In this document: one piece after another, positions 6,069 to 11,858 of the stretch | How positions within the stretch are numbered: position 1 is the first letter of the stretch | Layout: each line of letters begins with the position of its first letter | The notes under the pieces: generated by a model | Told to the model about the DNA's origin: nothing | Database searches by the model: none | What the model saw: only the letters and a program-made list of their open reading frames with translations | Program-made: the position numbers and the translations under genes | Assembly: GCA_038046345.1 (NCBI GenBank) | Contig: JBBSWJ010000034.1 | Location: 1-11,858 of the forward strand | DNA: 11,858 nt | Direction of reading: 5' to 3' | Source: Nanobdellota archaeon | Lineage (GTDB): Archaea; Nanobdellota; Nanobdellia; SCGC-AAA011-G17; JACPNG01

Positions 6069-6644
6069 ATGCTCCTGCTAATAGACTGCGTACCTAAAGA
6101 TAATGAAAAAGACAAAGAAACAATCAGTAAAGTTCTTACAGAATTAAATATGCCTTTTGAAAAAATAAGCTTATCAGAACTGAAACAGAACTCATGGAAA
6201 AAACATAATGGAATTATAATCTCAGGATCACCACTTTTATTAACAAAAGAAAAAGAAAAGTTATTACCAAAATTTTTATTTTTAAAAAATATTACAATAC
6301 CTGCACTGGGGATATGCTTTGGACACCAAATTGTTGGACTAATAAATGGGGCAATAATAACCAATGGCAAGCTTATCAAAAAGAAAGAACAAATAACTAT
6401 TTTAGCGAAAGATCCATTATTTCAAAATATTCAAAAAGAAGTTATGTTCGATGAGAATCATGAAGAATATATTACCATACCACGAAATTTCTTACATCTT
6501 GCAAGATCTGAAAGTTATGAAATTGAAGCAATGAAACATCCTACCAAAAATGTTTACGGGATCGGATTCCATCCAGAAAGATCCGGAGAACAAGGAAAAA
6601 CACTTTTAAAAAACTTTTATAAAATGTGCAAAACAAAACTGTAG
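6069..6644 (+). CDS. Class I glutamine amidotransferase (stand-alone, GuaA-glutaminase-like)
   Basis: IISGSP, LGICFGHQ (catalytic Cys), FHPE (His-x-Glu). TTAATAAA lies 29 nt upstream. Confidence 0.9.
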   Translation: MLLLIDCVPKDNEKDKETISKVLTELNMPFEKISLSELKQNSWKKHNGIIISGSPLLLTKEKEKLLPKFLFLKNITIPALGICFGHQIVGLINGAIITNGKLIKKKEQITILAKDPLFQNIQKEVMFDENHEEYITIPRNFLHLARSESYEIEAMKHPTKNVYGIGFHPERSGEQGKTLLKNFYKMCKTKL

Positions 6645-6694
6645 TACAATCAGTATAATAATCTAGAAAGATAACAGGGGAATTACAATACACC

Positions 6695-7411
6695 ATGACA
6701 AGACCAATAATAGTATCAGCTGTACAAATGGAAGTATCATATAACCTTGAAGACAATGTAAACAAAAGTTTACGGTTTCTTGATATGACCGCTTCAAGTG
6801 ATATAGTATGCTTCCCAGAACTAAGCCTAACTGGGTTTACACGCACATCAAATGCAGCTATTCTCAAAGAACTTAAGATTATAGGAAAAAAAGCAAAAGA
6901 GCATAACACATGGGTGCTGGTTGGCGGATACTCAACAAATAACAGGACAACTTATAATGAGACTTATCTTATAAGCGCAACTGGAGAATTATGGCATACT
7001 TATAGAAAGATTCATTTATGGAAACCACTAGAACGAGATGTAACACCCGGCAGCGAATCACATGCTATAACAACAGACTTTGGAAAAATCGGGATAGCAG
7101 TATGCTGGGATATTTATTTTAGTGATACAGTGCATAACCTAGCAAATGAAGGTGCTGAAATAATATTTTGTCCAATGCGCTGGCAAGGAACAGATAGAGA
7201 TTATTATGGGTTACCAAGAGCAGACGCATTCAGACATAAAGTTTTTTTAGTAGTATGCGACACATACGCTCAAGACACAACTGCAAGGAGCAAAATTATT
7301 TCACCAGCAACGGTATTAGCAGAAGCAGGAAGAAAAGAACAAATTATTACTAAAGAACTAGATCTCAAATTATTAGACCTTCATAAAAAATATTTTGAAA
7401 CAATAACTTGA
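6695..7411 (+). CDS. Carbon-nitrogen hydrolase (nitrilase superfamily amidohydrolase)
   Basis: Glu-Lys-Cys triad motifs FPEL, YRKIHL, AVCWD. Confidence 0.9.
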   Translation: MTRPIIVSAVQMEVSYNLEDNVNKSLRFLDMTASSDIVCFPELSLTGFTRTSNAAILKELKIIGKKAKEHNTWVLVGGYSTNNRTTYNETYLISATGELWHTYRKIHLWKPLERDVTPGSESHAITTDFGKIGIAVCWDIYFSDTVHNLANEGAEIIFCPMRWQGTDRDYYGLPRADAFRHKVFLVVCDTYAQDTTARSKIISPATVLAEAGRKEQIITKELDLKLLDLHKKYFETIT

Positions 7412-7448
7412 AACCAAGTATCTGTTTAATAACCCAAAATAAAAAAAT

Positions 7449-8264
7449 TCACATTACAGATTGATAACGTCTTAAACAATCTTTAATTGCAGTTGCAGAA
7501 TCAACCAAGGTAATACCAGCATCATTAAGCTTTTTTGTACTCATCAAAAAAAATGGGCTGGTCGGCGGGATAATACCAGCATCAATTAAGGATTTAGCAG
7601 GAACCATATTAAAAGTATAAGATGGATTAACCAACTCTTTATACCAAGACAATAACTCCATATACTTTATCGGAGGTGAATTTACAACATTATAAACACC
7701 AGTACAATTTTTTTTTACTAATTGTTTAATTGCAGAACACAAACTATCTACCACAGTAACAGATGTTTCTATATCAATAATATCATTAAAATTTATTAGC
7801 CTAGATATAAGATTTCTTTTATGATGAACACTATCAACAGGAAGATGCACCCTAACAATCAGTGGGTCAAATGGTAGTATGCACCTCTCAGCGATGTATT
7901 TAGAGTAAGCATAGCTATTTTGAGGATCAACTGGTGTAAGCTCATCCACAATCCTAGTCTCATGATTAAATAACATCCCCGTAGAAATATGAACAAGAGG
8001 TACATCTAACTCCTTACAAATAACACTAAGATTTACAGGCCCAAAAACATTACTTCTAAAAAGTGCATTCTCATCTTCACCACTCTCAAAACTTGATCTA
8101 AAACCTGCCTTACCAGCAGCATTAATAACAAAATCAGGAGAAATATCCTCAACAATCTCTTTAGTGAGGGCTCTATCCGTTATATCAACACTACTAATAA
8201 CACCATCAAAATAACGCTTAAAACAATTGCCTAACCATCCATCACCAAAGATAAGCACCTTCAT
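7449..8264 (-). CDS. Extended SDR, RmlD / NRS-ER-like NDP-4-keto-6-deoxysugar reductase
   Basis: IFGDGWLG Rossmann motif, INAAG, SNVFG, ISTG, YAYSK (YxxxK), RNLISRL. Confidence 0.8.
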   Translation of the reverse strand: MKVLIFGDGWLGNCFKRYFDGVISSVDITDRALTKEIVEDISPDFVINAAGKAGFRSSFESGEDENALFRSNVFGPVNLSVICKELDVPLVHISTGMLFNHETRIVDELTPVDPQNSYAYSKYIAERCILPFDPLIVRVHLPVDSVHHKRNLISRLINFNDIIDIETSVTVVDSLCSAIKQLVKKNCTGVYNVVNSPPIKYMELLSWYKELVNPSYTFNMVPAKSLIDAGIIPPTSPFFLMSTKKLNDAGITLVDSATAIKDCLRRYQSVM

Positions 8265-8785
8265 TTAATCACTGCCTTAATAACCACAACATCTTCAACC
8301 GGTCTATCTGCAAAACCAGTTTCAACACCACCGATAGCATCGACAACATCTAAACCATCAATAACAACACCAAAAACAGGATGTTTACCATCAAGAAAAT
8401 TATTATCAACAAGATTAATAAAAAACTGGCTACCACCAGTATTCGGGCCAGCATTAGCCATAGCTATTGTGCCGCGCTTATTGTGATTATTCTTAGTAAA
8501 TTCATCATCAATAACATAACCAGGCCCGCCCATGCCAGTGCCAGTTGGATCACCACCTTGAATCATAAACCCTGGAATAACACGATGAAAGATTACTCCA
8601 TCATAAAAACCTGCTCTTACAAGTTTTTCAAAATTTCCTGCAGTAATAGGCATATCTCTATCTAGTTCAATTAGTATATCTCCTTTTGTTGTTTGAAGGT
8701 TTACTTTTGTACTTCCTTGAGCAGCCATGTATATCACCGCGCTGATTATCAAAATCAAAACGGATATTTTTGTTTTAATACCCAT
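8261..8785 (-). CDS. ppiA: Cyclophilin-type peptidyl-prolyl cis-trans isomerase with N-terminal hydrophobic anchor
   Basis: FHRVIPGFMIQGGDPTG, IAMANAGPNTGGSQFFIN, LDGKHPVFG. ATG 8785 preferred from TATA-like TTTTTATA at 8814-8807. The ppiA/ppiB assignment is not resolvable from sequence alone. Confidence 0.93.
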   Translation of the reverse strand: MGIKTKISVLILIISAVIYMAAQGSTKVNLQTTKGDILIELDRDMPITAGNFEKLVRAGFYDGVIFHRVIPGFMIQGGDPTGTGMGGPGYVIDDEFTKNNHNKRGTIAMANAGPNTGGSQFFINLVDNNFLDGKHPVFGVVIDGLDVVDAIGGVETGFADRPVEDVVVIKAVIK

Positions 8786-8999
8786 TCGAATGGAGACAAT
8801 AACCACTATAAAAATATAACGTAAAGTTACGGTGGAATATTATACCTAACTTTATAGAAAATCACCCAATAAAGGGGGAAGTGTATTTTGAAAAAGAAAG
8901 AGTGAATCTATATTTAAGGTAAAATAGATGTTTAGATTTGATTGAACTATCTTCTAACGATTAGTTATAACTATAAACCCAAAGATTCTACATAAAGTT

Positions 9000-9485
9000 A
9001 TGAGAACGAAATGGGTTAAAGAGATGTGGCCTTCTGATTTAGATGAAGTTGTAAGAGGATTAAACTATTATCCAAGATCACTCCGACTTGCAAATGAGTT
9101 ATATACATTTGGAATTCCACTAATGAAAGAGCATGGTTTGTATATTCCTTTACTTCCTTACATGGCTATGTTGGGTTATATGCCCGCAAGCGATTCTAGA
9201 GCAGTTAGTTTAATGTTTGATAGACACTGGAAGCATGGAGGCTATGATGCTCTGCAGGCGATTATTTTTACTCCGGAGGAAAAAATTGGCGTAACAGTTG
9301 TAAGAACCCATGGAGCAAGAAGAGCCAGAGATCGGAAAGCAACCCTCCTTTCAGTTTTGGGGTACAAAGGAATTTTGGACTATTTGGATGCTATACTCAG
9401 AAGATCACCCTCTGAAGTATTTACTTCTAAACTAGGGCCAGACGGTGAATCAGAAGGAATTACAAGATATGACTTATTGACTTAA
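9000..9485 (+). CDS. Hypothetical protein (161 aa, no recognised family)
   Basis: Long intact ORF with no competing gene and an AT-rich TATA-like CTATAAAC at 8971-8978. Confidence 0.7.
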   Translation: MRTKWVKEMWPSDLDEVVRGLNYYPRSLRLANELYTFGIPLMKEHGLYIPLLPYMAMLGYMPASDSRAVSLMFDRHWKHGGYDALQAIIFTPEEKIGVTVVRTHGARRARDRKATLLSVLGYKGILDYLDAILRRSPSEVFTSKLGPDGESEGITRYDLLT

Positions 9486-9569
9486 AATCGACCTGTAACA
9501 AAAAACTGATTTAAAAAACAAATAAATTTTTACTTTACTTACCTTAATCTAACTTTACAGCTTACTTAA

Positions 9570-9641
9570 AGCCTCCGGGGAGAATCGAACTCCCGACCTC
9601 GTCCTTACCAAGGACGCGCTATACCACTAAGCCACGGAAGC
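9570..9641 (-). tRNA. tRNA-Thr(GGT)
   Basis: Acceptor GCTTCCG/CGGAGGC, anticodon stem CGTCC/GGACG with loop TT-GGT-AA, T arm GGGAG-TTCGATT-CTCCC, discriminator T, no encoded CCA. Confidence 0.97.
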
Positions 9642-9714
9642 GCACCAATCACTCATTAATCATACTTTTTAATAGTTTCTAGAAATACAATAAAATTAAA
9701 AAAAATAACAAAAA

Positions 9715-9816
9715 TGAGGGGGACGAGATTTGAACTCGCGTAGGCACTAAGCCACAGGATTTCTTAATAGTATATATCTTAAGTCCTGCCCGTTTTCCAG
9801 GCTCCGGCACCCCCTC
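9715..9816 (-). tRNA. tRNA-Leu(TAA) with a 17-nt intron at 37/38
   Basis: Acceptor GAGGGGG/CCCCCTC, anticodon stem CAGGA/TCCTG, loop CT-TAA-G|A after intron removal, long variable arm GGC-TTAGT-GCC, T loop TTCAAAT; mature length 85 nt. Confidence 0.95.
9761..9777 (-). other. tRNA intron (ATATATACTATTAAGAA), relaxed bulge-helix-bulge
   Basis: Intron TAAG pairs with C32-U33-U34-A35. The 3' bulge is AA|A; the distal helix is imperfect. Confidence 0.88.
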
Positions 9817-9840
9817 ATAGATAAAACCACTAAACAGAAA

Positions 9841-9848
9841 TATTTAAA
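9841..9848 (-). promoter_or_regulatory. TATA box for tRNA-Leu
   Basis: TTTAAATA starts 32 nt before the mature 5' G at 9816. Confidence 0.6.
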
Positions 9849-10037
9849 ACTATCCAAAATATTTGCTATACAGAAAGGTCTAATACAAATATGGAACAGA
9901 ATTCTAAAAAGTTAAGGAGTAATCACAGTCAGGAATACATTTTGCAAGGCTAAAACCATTCAAAATAAGAACACCAAAATCACAGAGATACTCGAGTTCA
10001 CCAAAATGTTTAAAAATAGTAAATTAACACTGATTAC

Positions 10038-10232
10038 ATGATAATCCCGGTAAGATGTTTCAGCTGTGGTAAGCCTGTTGGGCACTTGTGGGAAGAGTTT
10101 ACGGAGAAAAGTAAAGCCGAAGAAAAGAAGAAAGTTCTTGATGAATTAGAACTAAAACGGCCATGCTGCAGAGCTTTATTTTTAGGACATGTTGATCTGA
10201 TAGATACAATAATAAACCTTAAAAAAAGTTAG
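10038..10232 (+). CDS. rpoN: DNA-directed RNA polymerase subunit N (Rpo10)
   Basis: MIIPVRCFSCGK...RPCCR signature; TTTAAAAA 29 nt upstream. Confidence 0.97.
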   Translation: MIIPVRCFSCGKPVGHLWEEFTEKSKAEEKKKVLDELELKRPCCRALFLGHVDLIDTIINLKKS

Positions 10233-10285
10233 TTAAAAAATTCTCCTTAGTTTAATTTTTAAATAGAAATAATAATAATTTTTTA

Positions 10286-10942
10286 ATGATCCAGATCTTA
10301 GAAGAAAAAATATTCAATACTGTATGGACCATAAAAATATTTACAGAAAAAAGAAACAGTAGCAGAGTGTCAATAGTTGAAAACCAAACCATCCACATAA
10401 GAATACCAACCTACCTAACAAGGGAAGAAAGAATAAAAACTATAAAAGAATTAATAGGCTGGGCAAAGGAAAGGGTACCAATAAGCGATAAAAAAGAAAC
10501 AATAGAAGCATACCAAAGATCTAATGATACAAGAACAGATGAATGGCTTGAAAAAAGACTAGAACAGATATGGGAACTATTATTCCCGGAAGTTAAAAAA
10601 TTAAACAATGTCAAAGTTATATTCAAAGGTAAATGGAAGAAAAAATTTGGTCACATAAAAAAAATAAAAGAGGACAGTGAAATCGCTGTTAATAACATAC
10701 TTAAGGATGCTAACATACCTGAATATATCATCGACATAACACTAGCACATGAGCTTGTTCATTACATGCATGGTTTTAACTCACCGCATAAAAAAGAACA
10801 TAAACACCCGCATGCTGGTGGCATCGTATCAAGCGAACTTAAAAAAAGAGGATTCGGGGTTATGATAAAAAAAGAAAAAGAATTTTTAAAAAAAGAGTGG
10901 CCAAAGATAATCAATGAATATTATAAGCAGGGATCCTCATAA
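10286..10942 (+). CDS. SprT-like zinc metalloprotease-fold protein (HExxH)
   Basis: LAHELVHYMHG followed by a distal PH; KFGHI strand before it; TTTAAATA 28 nt upstream. Confidence 0.78.
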   Translation: MIQILEEKIFNTVWTIKIFTEKRNSSRVSIVENQTIHIRIPTYLTREERIKTIKELIGWAKERVPISDKKETIEAYQRSNDTRTDEWLEKRLEQIWELLFPEVKKLNNVKVIFKGKWKKKFGHIKKIKEDSEIAVNNILKDANIPEYIIDITLAHELVHYMHGFNSPHKKEHKHPHAGGIVSSELKKRGFGVMIKKEKEFLKKEWPKIINEYYKQGSS

Positions 10943-11219
10943 TGTTATTACAGTCTTTACAAGTTATAATAATTCTAGACTTATTATACCTGATAGTTGC
11001 ATTACTACCAGCTTGAAGATAATGAAAACAATTCTTGCACATCCTCCTTCTTAAAGGCTTTGGGATTTTAACTTTAAACTTAGTAGATATCTTCTTAGCC
11101 AGCTGGATATAACGATGAGATCTAATTGGGTTTAAATTAAAACTTTGAGAAGCAAAACTAAACAATCCTTTAATTCTCTCAAGAGCAATCTTCTTTTGTT
11201 GTACCTTGTACATTTTCAT
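10911..11219 (-). CDS. rnp4: Ribonuclease P protein component 4 (Rpp21)
   Basis: IALERIKGLF, RYIQLAKKIS, zinc ribbon CKNC...CKDC. Overlaps the convergent SprT-like gene by 32 bp. Confidence 0.93.
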   Translation of the reverse strand: MKMYKVQQKKIALERIKGLFSFASQSFNLNPIRSHRYIQLAKKISTKFKVKIPKPLRRRMCKNCFHYLQAGSNATIRYNKSRIIITCKDCNNIMRIPAYNIH

Positions 11220-11323
11220 AATAATTTAATAAATCAATTAGTATTTTATGCTTTCTTCTTACAAAAACCATCAAGATATATTCAATAGATTTCTTAATAA
11301 GCTAAAAGTTTTATAAATAAAGA

Positions 11324-11437
11324 GGAACAGCTTTCTGAAGTTCCCATTCATAAGAACAGTACCGTCCAGAACGTGTGCCGGTTTAACTTCCGAGTTCGAG
11401 ATGGGATCGGGTGGAACCCGGCAGCTATGGCCGTTCC
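11324..11437 (-). rRNA. rrf: 5S rRNA (114 nt, archaeal type)
   Basis: Helix I GGAACGGC/GCTGTTCC, helix II TGCCGG/CCGGCA, loop C TCCCATCTCGAAC, helix V TTCTGGA/TTCAGAA, loop E GGTAC/GGGAAC. Confidence 0.95.
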
Positions 11438-11459
11438 AAAACTATCTTGATATCACTGC

Positions 11460-11467
11460 TTTATAAA
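11460..11467 (-). promoter_or_regulatory. TATA box for 5S rRNA
   Basis: TTTATAAA starts 30 nt before the mature 5' G at 11437 and overlaps the stop codon of the upstream ORF. Confidence 0.65.
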
Positions 11468-11858
11468 CATATTGGGGTAGACAGTAGATGGTAAGGTACC
11501 AAAGTGGGCGGTGAAATGAATATATTAGTGTTATAAGCCTTCTCTTCCATGTTTGTGAGTTCTCTTAGTGCTAAAGCCTTTTGCTTTTGTCTCCACCAAT
11601 GAATTCTTGCTAGTTGCCTTGTTCTATCGATTTGTTGGTATCTGTATTCTTTTCTTCTTATTCTATCCTTGTCTTTTATCTCTTGCCTGTATACTTTCTT
11701 TCTAGCTAAGATTTTGTCTTTGTTCTTTTCATAATGGATTTCAGATAACTCACTGCATCTTTCCTTGTTATTTTCCCTCCATTTCTTAGCAGATTCTTTA
11801 GCCTTGAGTTTTCTTTCTTCTGGACTTAATTTTATTCTTGGTTTCCTCTCTGGTTTTA
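11461..11858 (-). CDS. 3' part of a basic 15-aa-repeat helical protein (5' end outside the window; not in the ORF track)
   Basis: 132 codons including TAA (11463-11461) are open from the window edge: KPERKPRIKLSPEERKLKAKESAKKWRENNKERCSELSEIHYEKNKDKILARKKVYRQEIKDKDRIRRKEYRYQQIDRTRQLARIHWWRQKQKALALRELTNMEEKAYNTNIFISPPTLVPYHLLSTPICL. Confidence 0.7.
   Translation of the reverse strand, partial: KPERKPRIKLSPEERKLKAKESAKKWRENNKERCSELSEIHYEKNKDKILARKKVYRQEIKDKDRIRRKEYRYQQIDRTRQLARIHWWRQKQKALALRELTNMEEKAYNTNIFISPPTLVPYHLLSTPICL

Noticed and set aside
222-8806. Longest-ORF starts at 222, 2000, 2436, 4809, 5365 and 8806
   Set aside because: Downstream starts (240, 1949, 2418, 4797, 5350, 8785) fit signal-peptide architecture, SD position, coupling or TATA spacing better.
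8962-8973. Perfect 12-bp palindrome TAGTTATAACTA upstream of the ORFan
   Set aside because: Almost all A/T, no adjacent regulator gene, and several such palindromes are expected by chance.
9570-9816. Possible att site duplication of the tRNA 3' ends
   Set aside because: No second copy of either tRNA 3' end was found in the window.
9891-9953. 20-codon ORF MEQNSKKLRSNHSQEYILQG between tRNA-Leu and rpoN
   Set aside because: Too short, with no motif or supporting signal.
958-10626. Antisense/shadow ORFs in the track (958-1161, 1215-1493, 2420-2653, 2704-2886, 3353-3658, 5603-5851, 6011-6379, 6541-6909, 8381-8665, 10411-10626)
   Set aside because: Each overlaps a better-supported gene and shows no recognisable motif.
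9761-11300. 12-mer GATTTCTTAATA shared by the tRNA-Leu intron junction and the 5S 3' flank
   Set aside because: AT-rich, does not extend, and is expected by chance.
1-11858. CRISPR array, transposase or integrase
   Set aside because: No regularly spaced direct repeats, and no DDE, HUH or tyrosine-recombinase motifs in any ORF.

Overview
AT-rich archaeal chromosome segment, most consistent with a DPANN lineage (Woesearchaeota/Pacearchaeota-like; inferred from Rpo10, Rpp21, an intron-containing tRNA, TATA boxes about 30 nt before starts and KKG-type class III signal peptides). Left to right: a nonsense-interrupted partial ORF; a Cys-rich lipoprotein gene bracketed by a 16-bp inverted repeat (15/16 match); three pilin-like genes downstream of adk; a conserved-looking hypothetical; a compositionally distinct minus-strand island (wHTH-MNT, HEPN, 120-aa unknown, and a frameshifted, truncated type I R-M hsdM relic missed by the ORF track) with a palindromic operator-like site; a class I glutamine amidotransferase; a carbon-nitrogen hydrolase; an RmlD/NRS-ER-like reductase; a signal-anchored cyclophilin; an ORFan; tRNA-Thr(GGT); tRNA-Leu(TAA) with a 17-nt intron; rpoN; a SprT-like HExxH protein; Rpp21; a stand-alone 114-nt 5S rRNA with a short helix IV; and the 3' part of a 15-aa-repeat basic protein. 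No CRISPR array, integrase or transposase is visible. The best leads are the IR-bracketed lipoprotein cassette and the MNT-HEPN-unknown-hsdM' island.
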